DNA of 64,000 bases from the IMG/VR virus record IMGVR_UViG_3300032285_001888, positions 1-64,000 of that record. The stretch is one strand, 5' to 3'. A model generated the notes under the pieces. The model searched no databases. It was given only the letters and a program-made list of their open reading frames with translations, and was not told where the DNA came from. The translations under genes were made by a program, and so were the position numbers. Shown here piece after piece: positions 32,010-41,707 of the stretch. Numbering within the stretch: the first letter of the stretch is position 1; each line of letters starts with the position of its first letter. This DNA is from a virus.

Positions 32010-32381
32010 ATGGCAGCAGGATCAGGTATAAAATTTACACAAGCCTTAACAGCAGGTAATATTGCAACGCTTAACCCAGTTTACTACACAGTACCAACTG
32101 GCTATTATGGTGTATACAATATTTCTTTTACTAACACATCGTCAGCCGCTCAGACAATTAGATTGTATATTGGTGCAAGTACAAGTGGTAGTCCGGTCGC
32201 TAGCGAAATATTTGAATATCAAACTACTATCGTTGCTAACGGTGTATTTGAGCGTACAGGTATTGTAGCGGCAGCTGGATCAAACTTTATTGTAGGTAGT
32301 TCAGGCGGTTCAGGCGGTGCTGGTACATCAACTGGCGCAGTAAACTTAAACATCTACGGTATTGAAACTTCAACATCATAA
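32010..32381 (+). CDS. Small beta-sandwich virion protein
   Basis: YTVP.....NISFTN....IRL....E....I...GVFERTGIV pattern; same family as 4396 and 9118. Confidence 0.65.
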   Translation: MAAGSGIKFTQALTAGNIATLNPVYYTVPTGYYGVYNISFTNTSSAAQTIRLYIGASTSGSPVASEIFEYQTTIVANGVFERTGIVAAAGSNFIVGSSGGSGGAGTSTGAVNLNIYGIETSTS

Positions 32382-32393
32382 TAAGAGATTAAC

Positions 32394-32999
32394 ATGGCAA
32401 GATATAATACAGTTATAGCAACTAGTTCGACGGCCACTGGGGTTGCAACTACTCCTCAGAACGGTCAATTTACAACAATTACAGGATCAGCAGGCACTGT
32501 TACACTAGCCGCTCCTAGTACATGTACAGGACAAACACAAGGTTTTTGGAATACTACCGGCGGAGCCGCAGTACTATCAACACCTAGTGGCGCAATTAAC
32601 TTCCTTACAAATACTGGTAGTGCTAACTATACAATGGCCAATAATAGTGTAATATTTTTAACTAGCGATGGAACTAATTATGTTGTAACTGGTACAGTTG
32701 GTGCGCAGATGGTTAACGTAAACGTAAGTGGTACATATACTGCTTCCGCTCAACAGTTTTTATGGGTTAACACATCGAGTGCGGCCTTTACAATAACACT
32801 GCCGGCGGCACCGAGTCAAGGTGATACTATCCGTATAGTAGATATTACAAACACATTTAACACTAACAACTTGACCATTGCCCCAAACAGTCTTCCTATC
32901 ATGGGAAGTGTGGCCAATATGACAGTAGCAACCCAAGGTGCGGCATTTGATATGATTTATTATGATGCAACACGCGGTTGGAGACTATTTACAATTTAA
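32394..32999 (+). CDS. Tail fibre-associated protein with T4 gp34-like proximal repeats
   Basis: NTSSAAFTITLPAAPSQGDTIRIVD..TF.TNNLTI..N...Y.D.TRGW motif; two related modules in the protein. Confidence 0.65.
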   Translation: MARYNTVIATSSTATGVATTPQNGQFTTITGSAGTVTLAAPSTCTGQTQGFWNTTGGAAVLSTPSGAINFLTNTGSANYTMANNSVIFLTSDGTNYVVTGTVGAQMVNVNVSGTYTASAQQFLWVNTSSAAFTITLPAAPSQGDTIRIVDITNTFNTNNLTIAPNSLPIMGSVANMTVATQGAAFDMIYYDATRGWRLFTI

Positions 33000-33008
33000 G
33001 GTTAAACG

Positions 33009-33953
33009 ATGGCAACATATTCTAGTTTTAAACAGATACCTGCAGACGGCCTTGTTGCTAATACTATTGTAACCGGTAACATAGCGGCCAATACAGTTAC
33101 TGCCGCTAACATTGCCACTAATGCTGTTCCGGCTAGTGCAATTAGCGGTACTGCTACAAGTGCTACTCTAGCTACTACTATTAATTTAAGTGGTAAAACT
33201 GTTACTTACAGAGCAATTACCGGTTCAGATTTTTCCGGCAGTGCGGCAATTGCCGGTGCAACACTAGCTTCGGGAGCCGCTACAAGTAATATCGGATTTA
33301 CTCCGATCAATCAAAGCGGTGACACATTATCAGGCGTACTAACAGTACCATCGGGATCAGCAAGTAGTCCGAGTATACAATATTCGGGAAGCTCTAATAC
33401 TGGTATCAATATCACTACTAATAACGTAGCCATTGTAGCTGGTGGTTCAACAGCAGTTAACTTTGACTCTAACGGATACATTACTAGACCAAATCATCCA
33501 ATATTTGCCGCTGTTGGCACAGCTGGATGGCTGTATGCTCCTAGCTATGGCGGTACTGGAGAATACGAATCTGGATCAATCGAAGGTTGGAGCACTAGCC
33601 ATCAATATGGTGGCTCAAACTTTAGTGGAGCACCGGGTCGATTTACAGCACCGGTATCCGGATACTATATGTTTCATACATGGTGGTATATTTTAAATGA
33701 CGCCAATACTCCGCCAAACTATGTACACTGGTTTGTACGTAGAAATAATAGTCGTAGCTGGACTGCAGGTGGTCGAAGCCCGTATATCATGAGTATGCAT
33801 CAAAATCAACATAGCTATGATGATGGCTATCCACACTCGTCACTAATAGATATGAGTGCTGGAGATTTTGTTAGTCTAGGAATGGTGTGGCACGGTAACA
33901 GTAGTAGACAACACTCTAGTCATCATCTATTCAGTGGATATTTAATAGGATAA
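33009..33953 (+). CDS. Tail fibre tip protein with C-terminal C1q-like domain (copy 1)
   Basis: N-terminal Ala/Thr-rich short-repeat stalk; GRFTAPVSGYYMF and terminal FSGYLIG are gC1q signature strands. Confidence 0.75.
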   Translation: MATYSSFKQIPADGLVANTIVTGNIAANTVTAANIATNAVPASAISGTATSATLATTINLSGKTVTYRAITGSDFSGSAAIAGATLASGAATSNIGFTPINQSGDTLSGVLTVPSGSASSPSIQYSGSSNTGINITTNNVAIVAGGSTAVNFDSNGYITRPNHPIFAAVGTAGWLYAPSYGGTGEYESGSIEGWSTSHQYGGSNFSGAPGRFTAPVSGYYMFHTWWYILNDANTPPNYVHWFVRRNNSRSWTAGGRSPYIMSMHQNQHSYDDGYPHSSLIDMSAGDFVSLGMVWHGNSSRQHSSHHLFSGYLIG

Positions 33954-33956
33954 CAC

Positions 33957-34928
33957 ATGGCAACGTATTCAAGCTTCAAAAAAATAGACACTCAAGGGAT
34001 AATTTCCGCAAACGTTACTAAGGACGATATAGCTCCGGGCGGAATTCCTAGCTCAGCTTTTTCTAGCAATAGTGTTAGAACATCGGACATTGCGGCAGCA
34101 AGTATCGGTACAAATCAACTTGCAAACACTCTAGACTTTAGTGGCAAGACTATGACTTATCGTCCGTTTGTTAATGCGGATTTTGCCGCTGGATCTATTA
34201 GCGGAACACAACTTGCTAGCGGTGCTATCACTACTAACATTGGATATACTACTTTAAATAAAGCAGGCGACTCAACTACTGGGCCATTGATACTACCTGC
34301 AGGATCAGTTGGGGCACCGTCAATTGCCGCCAGTAACAATACTAATACAGGAATTTATTTTCCAGCGTCGAGTCAGATCAATATCGCAACTGCTGGAAGT
34401 CTAGCTAGTAACTTTGTAAACAACGGAAGTAGCACCATTAGCCAGGTTCAACCTAGTATTCCAGCGTTTCATGCAACTGGCAACGGTGGTTGGTTTTATG
34501 GCAACTCATTTGGCGGATGCAGTCGCTGGGGAGAATTGATCAACGGATTTCCTGGAGGTTGGCAAGTTGGCGCACAAAAAGGCGGAAGCAATATAGGAAC
34601 TCCTGGAAGATTTACGGCGCCAGTCGCCGGATGGTATAATTTTTATGCCCAAGAGTATATGTATAGCGACACTAATAATAGTAACAGCTATATCCACTGG
34701 AACATCGGGTACAATGGTAGCCCGTCAACTGATAGAAATACTGGTCGTACACCGCATACAATTTATGGACATGGAAATAGTGGAAACTACGTTCCGGGCA
34801 TTGTAACAACTTTAGAAATTTATCTAAATGCTACCGATTATACGATCCCCCAACCATACTGGGGCGGTGGCTGTACTGGGCGTATACACGGTGACCATGC
34901 ACTATGGTGTGGATACTTAATAGGATAA
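33957..34928 (+). CDS. Tail fibre tip protein with C-terminal C1q-like domain (copy 2)
   Basis: MATYSSFK start; GRFTAPVAGWYNF; terminal WCGYLIG. Confidence 0.75.
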   Translation: MATYSSFKKIDTQGIISANVTKDDIAPGGIPSSAFSSNSVRTSDIAAASIGTNQLANTLDFSGKTMTYRPFVNADFAAGSISGTQLASGAITTNIGYTTLNKAGDSTTGPLILPAGSVGAPSIAASNNTNTGIYFPASSQINIATAGSLASNFVNNGSSTISQVQPSIPAFHATGNGGWFYGNSFGGCSRWGELINGFPGGWQVGAQKGGSNIGTPGRFTAPVAGWYNFYAQEYMYSDTNNSNSYIHWNIGYNGSPSTDRNTGRTPHTIYGHGNSGNYVPGIVTTLEIYLNATDYTIPQPYWGGGCTGRIHGDHALWCGYLIG

Positions 34929-34933
34929 TCTAA

Positions 34934-35911
34934 ATGGCAGCTTACTCAAGTTTTAAAAGAATTGCAACCGACTCGTTTGTTGCTAATACATTAAATAGTA
35001 CAGACTTTGCCGCAGGCGCAATAACGCTTGGTAACCTTGCTCCCGGCGCTGTTAATGCAACGACACTGGCTACAAATGCTATCGGAACAGCACAGCTAGC
35101 AAGCACTCTTGATCTCAGCAACGGCGGTGCAAACACTGTAACTTATCGTACAGTTGCTAATTCTGATATTAGTTCAAGTGCTAATATTCCAGCAGGCGCA
35201 CTAGCTAGTGGTGCCGCAACAACAAACTTAGGTTTCACTCCATTAAATAAATCCGGTAGCAGTATGACTGGCGCACTGCAAATTACGCAAGGTAGTGCCG
35301 GTGCACCTCCAGTTGCACTAACAGGTAATACGAATACCGGTATATTTTTTGCTAACGATAACACTGTACGTATTACCACTGCTGGCACAGAACGTGCAAG
35401 GTTTGATCCAAGCGGTAGATTTCTAAGAGGAACTAGTCAAACGGCTGGAACTCCTATGTTCCAGGGACACGGCACGGGTGGTTGGTTATATAACAATAAT
35501 ATTGGATCAGGTACTAGCTGGCAGGAAATAAACTCAAACTTTGGCTGGACTGGTTACCAGCGTAATGGCAGTGGATTTAGCTACAATAACGGGCGTTATA
35601 CAGCACCTGTGGCTGGACACTACCATTTCCAATGGCTAACTTATGCCCATAATGACAACAGCTGGAATAATACTAACGGCTACATTCATATGGCTCTTGG
35701 GAAAAACGGCAACGTTAGTCCGTGGAGTGGTCGTTGTCCGCACGGCATTTGGATGCACGGTAACGGTAGTCCGCATCCTAGCGGAATCAGTTGGAGGGTG
35801 GATCTATATCTAAGTGCCGGTGATTACGCTAGTGTGTTCCCGAACTGGACCAATAATAACAGTAGATTCCATGCAAGTCATTCATTCTTTAATGGGTATT
35901 TGATCGGATAA
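34934..35911 (+). CDS. Tail fibre tip protein with C-terminal C1q-like domain (copy 3)
   Basis: MAAYSSFK start; GRYTAPVAGHYHF; terminal FNGYLIG. Confidence 0.75.
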   Translation: MAAYSSFKRIATDSFVANTLNSTDFAAGAITLGNLAPGAVNATTLATNAIGTAQLASTLDLSNGGANTVTYRTVANSDISSSANIPAGALASGAATTNLGFTPLNKSGSSMTGALQITQGSAGAPPVALTGNTNTGIFFANDNTVRITTAGTERARFDPSGRFLRGTSQTAGTPMFQGHGTGGWLYNNNIGSGTSWQEINSNFGWTGYQRNGSGFSYNNGRYTAPVAGHYHFQWLTYAHNDNSWNNTNGYIHMALGKNGNVSPWSGRCPHGIWMHGNGSPHPSGISWRVDLYLSAGDYASVFPNWTNNNSRFHASHSFFNGYLIG

Positions 35912-35914
35912 ATA
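35909..35914 (+). promoter_or_regulatory. Late promoter (ATAAATA) overlapping a stop codon
   Basis: ggATAAATAt before RBS GGGAG and ATG 35934. Confidence 0.6.
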
Positions 35915-35933
35915 TACGGGAGACATATTAAAC

Positions 35934-36629
35934 ATGACACAGAAATTTTCAATACACCTTTCTATAGCAGAAAGCAGAATGTTACATCACCTTACTAAAG
36001 ATCCCGACGACTGGATTAGAAATCTTATAGAGTGGAGAGTTAGAATAGTTGAAGATAGTTTATATCCACAAATAAAGCAACAGCTAATAGACGCAGGCGC
36101 AACATCTATTCCCGCTACTAGAGAAGGAATGATTGCGGCTGGCAATCTACAGCCAAAAGATCCAAACTGGACTCCAGTGCAACGCGAGCATATAACTAAT
36201 GACAACTGTGATATTCATACTATTGAATTAGCCGATGACGAAATTACAGTATTAGAATGGATGTATGAAAATCCTCACGAACACATACACGACTGGATTG
36301 TTGAAAGATGCCAGATTGGTATTAAAGAAAAAGCCGAGTTTGTTACCAAAGAATTACTAGCTGATCCTAGATGGACTGACCCTATTCCATTAGATCCAGA
36401 AGAAGTTCTTGATTTAATAGAGATGAGAACCGTGCATGATCATATGGAGCTTACAGGCGCGGCAACACGCGATCTAGTCGAAAATTCAGCCAACTCTGAT
36501 CACGTGCCCTTAACTGTGCCATTTCATCGATACCTACATCATGATGATGTACCAGCATTTCCTACACCGTCTAGAGGACCAGACTCGGAAGCAGGGCCAA
36601 ATACTACTCCGCATCCGGAAGCTAGATAA
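35934..36629 (+). CDS. Putative fibre assembly chaperone with an internal duplication
   Basis: Charged helical protein directly after the fibre-tip genes; two copies of an I.L...E...L......P..(W/H)I...I..R..I pattern. Confidence 0.45.
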   Translation: MTQKFSIHLSIAESRMLHHLTKDPDDWIRNLIEWRVRIVEDSLYPQIKQQLIDAGATSIPATREGMIAAGNLQPKDPNWTPVQREHITNDNCDIHTIELADDEITVLEWMYENPHEHIHDWIVERCQIGIKEKAEFVTKELLADPRWTDPIPLDPEEVLDLIEMRTVHDHMELTGAATRDLVENSANSDHVPLTVPFHRYLHHDDVPAFPTPSRGPDSEAGPNTTPHPEAR

Positions 36630-36633
36630 AATT

Positions 36634-36658
36634 AAAAAGCACCCTAGGGTGCTTTTTT
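36634..36658. terminator. Bidirectional terminator between convergent operons
   Basis: Perfect 24-bp palindrome AAAAAGCACCCT|AGGGTGCTTTTT with T-tracts on both strands. Confidence 0.9.
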
Positions 36659-38276
36659 AATCTTCATTATTAAAGTGTGTTTGTTTAAGATACTGGTAAT
36701 GACTAGGACATTTAGCCGCCGTAAGTTCATTTTGAACTTTTTTACGATTCCAATAATTTAATGTATTCTGCGTTAAATAACCAGTCTTGAGATGGGACGG
36801 AGTGATATATAAATCATCGTATAGATCTTTTTCCATGGAATATCTGTTAAGTGGAATTGTATGATTACCTACGAAAATATCAGGAATACCACCAGTATGA
36901 AATCCTAGCTCATGTTTTTGTAACATCGAACCTGCTAGCTCCGAAGACATTGTATGCAATTCTGCTAGTTGCTTATCAACCAATCTGTGTTCAACTTCTA
37001 CTTGTTCAGTAACATGTTTCCAGTAGGGAGTATCACGTCTTGAAGACATTGAGTAGTGGAGCGTAACAAAAACTTTAAAAGTTTTCATAGTCACATTGGC
37101 CATATAATTAAACCAATCTACGTGTATTTTATTAACTTGCTCATGCTCTAAAGTTTGATATAATAAAATCAACATTTCTTGCACACTATATAGGCCTGTG
37201 CTTTCTAACGGTTCGATAAATGCATAACTTAACCCAACTCCTACTACATTTTTTTCCCAACATTTATCGTGACATCCATTTTTAATTTTAACTAGTCTAA
37301 ATTCTAAGTTATCGGCACGATTAGGATCTAGATATGTCATCTTGTCGCTGTTAAGATATGCTTTATATTCTGCTAATGCATCTTCTTCACTAATAAATTT
37401 AGTGCTAAAAACATATCCGCTACCTATACGATGATATAACGGAATGTTCCATACCCAACCGTTGTTATAGGCTGTGCAATTGGTAACATTTTCCATCTCT
37501 AGTTCTTTATCATGATACGGCACATGACAAGTCCACGCACGATCATTTGGCAACCACTTGTTAAAACTTTCAAAAGGAACACCCATCGTCTGCTCTAGTA
37601 GCAATGATCTAAATCCAGAACAGTCGACAAATAAGTCTCCTTTGACGTGTTCACCGTTCTGTAGTACTAGATAGTCAATGTAACCGTCATCTTCTTTAAC
37701 AATATCAGTAATATGTTGTTTTATGTAGGTAACACCGTTAGGTATAGCAAATTTATCTTTTAGAAATATTCCAAATTTTGCCGCATCCATATGATATGCT
37801 ACATCATTCTTAAAACTATAATTTTCTAGTTTATGTTTTTTATTATCGCATATTTTATTATTGTAAATTAGTGGCATGCAACTATACATACACTCGTAGA
37901 AATCATTCCAGGGAGTTTCGGGATGTTTTAATTTTTTGTAGTACCAGTCATGTATTCCGTTGGTTGTATTCTTAATATCCTTAATGCCAAACGGATAATA
38001 AAATGCTTCGCCTTTTTTATAAAAATCTGTAAATTTAATGCTTAATTTATGAGTAGCATTACAGTGAGGCATCCAATCTTCATCCTCTAAATCTAGTAAA
38101 TGCAGAAATAAGTTCAATGTGCCCAGAGTCGATTCACCAACTCCTACTGTAGGGATATCAGGACTTTCTACTAGGGTGATTTCTTTAGAAGGAAATTTCT
38201 TAGAAAGCAAGGCCGCTGTCATCCATCCCGCACTTCCACCACCTACAATGACGATTTTTTCTATGGGTTTTTTCAT
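36657..38276 (-). CDS. Flavin-dependent tryptophan halogenase-like protein
   Basis: GGGSAG FAD motif, VGEST, ATHKLSI (catalytic Lys position), GWVWNIP, FIEPLESTG. Confidence 0.92.
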   Translation of the reverse strand: MKKPIEKIVIVGGGSAGWMTAALLSKKFPSKEITLVESPDIPTVGVGESTLGTLNLFLHLLDLEDEDWMPHCNATHKLSIKFTDFYKKGEAFYYPFGIKDIKNTTNGIHDWYYKKLKHPETPWNDFYECMYSCMPLIYNNKICDNKKHKLENYSFKNDVAYHMDAAKFGIFLKDKFAIPNGVTYIKQHITDIVKEDDGYIDYLVLQNGEHVKGDLFVDCSGFRSLLLEQTMGVPFESFNKWLPNDRAWTCHVPYHDKELEMENVTNCTAYNNGWVWNIPLYHRIGSGYVFSTKFISEEDALAEYKAYLNSDKMTYLDPNRADNLEFRLVKIKNGCHDKCWEKNVVGVGLSYAFIEPLESTGLYSVQEMLILLYQTLEHEQVNKIHVDWFNYMANVTMKTFKVFVTLHYSMSSRRDTPYWKHVTEQVEVEHRLVDKQLAELHTMSSELAGSMLQKHELGFHTGGIPDIFVGNHTIPLNRYSMEKDLYDDLYITPSHLKTGYLTQNTLNYWNRKKVQNELTAAKCPSHYQYLKQTHFNNED

Positions 38277-38280
38277 TTTT

Positions 38281-39492
38281 TTATTCTTTAAAATAGTTAT
38301 AATTCAGTTTTTTATCAATAATCCTAAGATTAGTAGGACTAAAAAACCATGGTGTTCCCACTAACGGAGTTCCTTGCGCATCGTTTTTTTTGTATTCAGC
38401 TACTGTATCTGCAAACATTTTACTCTTATTTAATCTAGTGATAGCCTTATGCCTGGCAAAATTCCAAAACTTACTATCAAACATCGAGCCGCCGTGATAT
38501 AGATAAGATAACATATCTTCCAAGGATTTTGCCATTCCATCAAAATTAGTATTCATAAAGAATGAATCATATTTTTTTGTGTTTGATAAATGCTGGGCAA
38601 ACATATCAGCAATAGCTACGTAGCAAAATATAGAACTTGCACTTAAAGGTTCAAAAAATAAAGCTCTATTACCGTTAAGCAGTATCCGGCCATCCATTAT
38701 TTTTTTAGAGTAATAGGATTTAAACTTATATTCTATAACATCTTCTTTTTCAATTTTTTTAGAAAACATAGTTGACATTTCTGTCAACGCACTAGCATCA
38801 TCGGTTAGATCACTATTAAACAAATATCCATAAGTATGTCTAGTAGTCAATGGAATTCCAAATGTCCAACCATGCTCGGTTGCGATGTGTTCTGTATATA
38901 GTTCTAGTTCCGCTAGGTGTGGTGGAACACTATAGACAAAACATGTATTAACCGGAGAGCAATCGCTGATATGATAGTTTGTATAATCTGTTGGGAATCC
39001 TCTACAATCAATTACATAATCAAATTTTTCAATATTATCGTTTATTTTTATGTTAGCACAATTAAACCCATTTTCTATACTTTCAACTTTACCTTCTAAA
39101 ACTTTAAATTTTTTAGGCCATAAATCTTTAAATCTTTTAAATGCAAAATCTTTCAATTTAAAATTATTAAAATGTGCGGCAACACCGGCACCGAACAACG
39201 GATTAACCCAATCATGTTCTCGCCAGTTTATATATTTTGTTCCAAATTTAAAAGTGCCATCTAATTCTTTTAGATCTTCAACATGACTAAATTGCATTCC
39301 GGTTTGTAAGGCGGCTATAAAATTAGGATTAGTACTTTCACCTATACCTAAGATAGGTGTTTCCGGATCATACACAGACACAACGTCCCATTTGTTAGAT
39401 AACCAAGGCAACAGTACTGATAATGTAACGATTCCGGCGGATCCTACTCCAACAACTGCTAGTCGAAATTGTTTATTTGAACTCGGGACCAT
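38281..39492 (-). CDS. Short, divergent tryptophan halogenase-like flavoprotein
   Basis: GVGSAG, IGEST, GTFKFG; GWTFGIP instead of WxWxIP; FFEPLSASS. 403 aa. Confidence 0.8.
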   Translation of the reverse strand: MVPSSNKQFRLAVVGVGSAGIVTLSVLLPWLSNKWDVVSVYDPETPILGIGESTNPNFIAALQTGMQFSHVEDLKELDGTFKFGTKYINWREHDWVNPLFGAGVAAHFNNFKLKDFAFKRFKDLWPKKFKVLEGKVESIENGFNCANIKINDNIEKFDYVIDCRGFPTDYTNYHISDCSPVNTCFVYSVPPHLAELELYTEHIATEHGWTFGIPLTTRHTYGYLFNSDLTDDASALTEMSTMFSKKIEKEDVIEYKFKSYYSKKIMDGRILLNGNRALFFEPLSASSIFCYVAIADMFAQHLSNTKKYDSFFMNTNFDGMAKSLEDMLSYLYHGGSMFDSKFWNFARHKAITRLNKSKMFADTVAEYKKNDAQGTPLVGTPWFFSPTNLRIIDKKLNYNYFKE

Positions 39493-40048
39493 ATATCCAA
39501 CCTACAATAACATGCCTAGTTCCTTTAGTTACTGGAGTTACGCGATGTGTACAAAACGAAGGAAATATTGTAATGTATCCTTGCTTCCTTACCGTCGGAT
39601 CATTATGTGCCGGCATAAATTCTAAATCTCCGCCCTCGTACTCCGCTGGATCAGTTAACTGAATACTAAAGGATAATTTTCTGATATGAGTATCTTGTAT
39701 TAAATCAGTATGCCATATATAATGATCACCCCTATCTGCTGTATATTTAAAAACAAGAATAGGATCTTTTGAAAATAGACCGTCTAGGTGATATCTAAAT
39801 GTTTCAGAATTTGTTCTAAAAATAGACCTAAAGATATTATCCTCTAATTCTGTAGTTATTCCTGACCTAGAAAGAAGAACACTTCTGTGTTGTTTAGCAG
39901 TAATAAATTGACCAAACTTAAAAACCGTGCCCTCAATCCACCCAGATGATGATGCAATAATTTCATTACATTTTTCAACTGATAAAAATGGATATGTGAT
40001 AGCTCGAGGTAAAGGTTTCCTTGTAGCTAAGGGCTTGTCTACTATCAT
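39473..40048 (-). CDS. 2OG-Fe(II) oxygenase (PKHD/prolyl-4-hydroxylase-like)
   Basis: WHTD..RKLS..IQL....YEGG.L...FPSF..HRV.PVT.G.R...VGW..GP. Confidence 0.9.
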   Translation of the reverse strand: MIVDKPLATRKPLPRAITYPFLSVEKCNEIIASSSGWIEGTVFKFGQFITAKQHRSVLLSRSGITTELEDNIFRSIFRTNSETFRYHLDGLFSKDPILVFKYTADRGDHYIWHTDLIQDTHIRKLSFSIQLTDPAEYEGGDLEFMPAHNDPTVRKQGYITIFPSFCTHRVTPVTKGTRHVIVGWIYGPEFK

Positions 40049-41667
40049 TATTCTTTACCGGCGTATATATTATCTCGAAGATATTCATAATGTGACGGTG
40101 CTGTTTCTATTAGTGAATTAATATATTCTTTCTTTTGATCCCAATAATCTTGTGTTTGAGATGTAAAGAACTCAGGAGCCTGCCCATGACGTGCTTCAAT
40201 TAACTGTTTAACTATTGATAGTTGTGTTTTGCTTACAGGCAGAACATCCATGCCTACTAAAATATCAGGCATTCCACCCATACTTGCATCTCCTGGTAAA
40301 TGATGCATCTGAAGTAGTTTGACAGCAAGGTCACTACCGGCGGTAGGTATCTGATTAAAACTACGATCAAGCATTAGTGAATCCATCTCAATCTCTTCAG
40401 TTACATGTTGCCAGTAAGGAGTATCACGTCTTGACGAAAATACATAATGGTATGCTACAAAATTTCTAAAGCCATCCATAGTTAGATTACAAATATAGTT
40501 AAAGTGATCAACATGGATCTTATTAACTTGCTTGTTGCGCAGTGTTTCGCATAGTTTTAATAACATTTCTTGCACACTTAGCAAGCCTGTACTTTCTAAT
40601 GGTTCTACAAATGCATAACTTAGTCCAATTCCTACACAGTTTTTATGCCAAGCACGTTCATGTACTCCGTTTTTTATCTCAATGAGCCTGAATTCTAAGA
40701 ATTCAGACCTTATAGGATTAGGCAATCGCATTTTATCACTATTTAAATATGTCTTGTACTCTTCTAATGCCTGCTCTTTACTGATAAATTTATCACAGAA
40801 TACATAACCACTTCCTATTCTGTTGTACAGCGGGATATTCCACACCCAACCGTTATTAATAGCTGTACAGTTGGTAACATTTTCCATTTCTCTATTCTTA
40901 TCTGCATAGGGAATATGAGTCACCCATGCATGATTGTTAGGCAAGTGACTTGAATATGAATAGAACGGTACTCCCATTGTTTGTTCTAGTAGTAAAGATT
41001 TAAATCCTGTGCAGTCTATATACAGGTCGGCCTCCACTATATCCCCATTATCTAATTTTAATCCATTAATATAGCCGTCTTCTTCTAATAGTACACCTTC
41101 AATATTTGCACTAATATGGACTACTCCGTTAGGAATACACACTTTTTCTTTTAGAAATTCACCAAACAAGGTAGCATCCATATGATATGCACTATCGTTT
41201 TTCCAGCTGAAACCTGGAAGCTGTCCCTCTTTATTATCAAATATTTTACTTTGATAAATCATAGGCATTGAACTGTAAACACTTTCATAAAAATCATTTT
41301 TATCTAGATCTGGATTTAAGATCTTTTTAACATACCAGTCAGTTGCACCTTGCTGTGTATTTTGCAGATCTTTAACTCCAAACGGGTAATAAAAGGATTC
41401 GCCTTTTTCGTAAAAATCTGTAAATTTAATAGCTAATTTATAAGTGGCATTGCAGTAGGACATCCAATCTTCGTCTTTGAGTCCTAAAAGTCCAAGATAT
41501 TGATTGATTGTGCCTAGTGTTGACTCTCCTACTCCGATGATTGGAATATCGGGACTTTCGATAAGTGCCACTTCCATGTCCGGAAATTGAGTTGACAGCA
41601 TAGCCGCCGACATCCAGCCAGAACTTCCGCCACCGGCAATAATAATTCGTTTAATTGGTTTTTTCAT
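40048..41667 (-). CDS. Flavin-dependent tryptophan halogenase-like protein (close paralogue of 36657..38276)
   Basis: GGGSSG, VGESTLG, ATYKLAI, GWVWNIP, FVEPLESTG. Same length (539 aa) as 36657..38276, with long identical stretches. Confidence 0.92.
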   Translation of the reverse strand: MKKPIKRIIIAGGGSSGWMSAAMLSTQFPDMEVALIESPDIPIIGVGESTLGTINQYLGLLGLKDEDWMSYCNATYKLAIKFTDFYEKGESFYYPFGVKDLQNTQQGATDWYVKKILNPDLDKNDFYESVYSSMPMIYQSKIFDNKEGQLPGFSWKNDSAYHMDATLFGEFLKEKVCIPNGVVHISANIEGVLLEEDGYINGLKLDNGDIVEADLYIDCTGFKSLLLEQTMGVPFYSYSSHLPNNHAWVTHIPYADKNREMENVTNCTAINNGWVWNIPLYNRIGSGYVFCDKFISKEQALEEYKTYLNSDKMRLPNPIRSEFLEFRLIEIKNGVHERAWHKNCVGIGLSYAFVEPLESTGLLSVQEMLLKLCETLRNKQVNKIHVDHFNYICNLTMDGFRNFVAYHYVFSSRRDTPYWQHVTEEIEMDSLMLDRSFNQIPTAGSDLAVKLLQMHHLPGDASMGGMPDILVGMDVLPVSKTQLSIVKQLIEARHGQAPEFFTSQTQDYWDQKKEYINSLIETAPSHYEYLRDNIYAGKE

Positions 41668-41691
41668 AGTTAGTCCTTTTAACCCTTTGGG

Positions 41692-41698
41692 TATTTAT
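41692..41698 (-). promoter_or_regulatory. Late promoter (ATAAATA, minus strand) upstream of the halogenase sub-operon
   Basis: Plus strand TATTTAT in the only sizeable gap inside the cassette, followed on the minus strand by RBS AAAGGA and ATG 41667. Confidence 0.65.
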
Positions 41699-41707
41699 TG
41701 ATGTATT

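Noticed and set aside
3606-35388. Many short minus-strand and alternate-frame ORFs over the structural genes
   Set aside because: They are shadows of Thr/Ser/Gly/Ala codon bias (Val/Pro/Leu-rich antisense translations), lack an RBS or promoter, and are nested in long genes.
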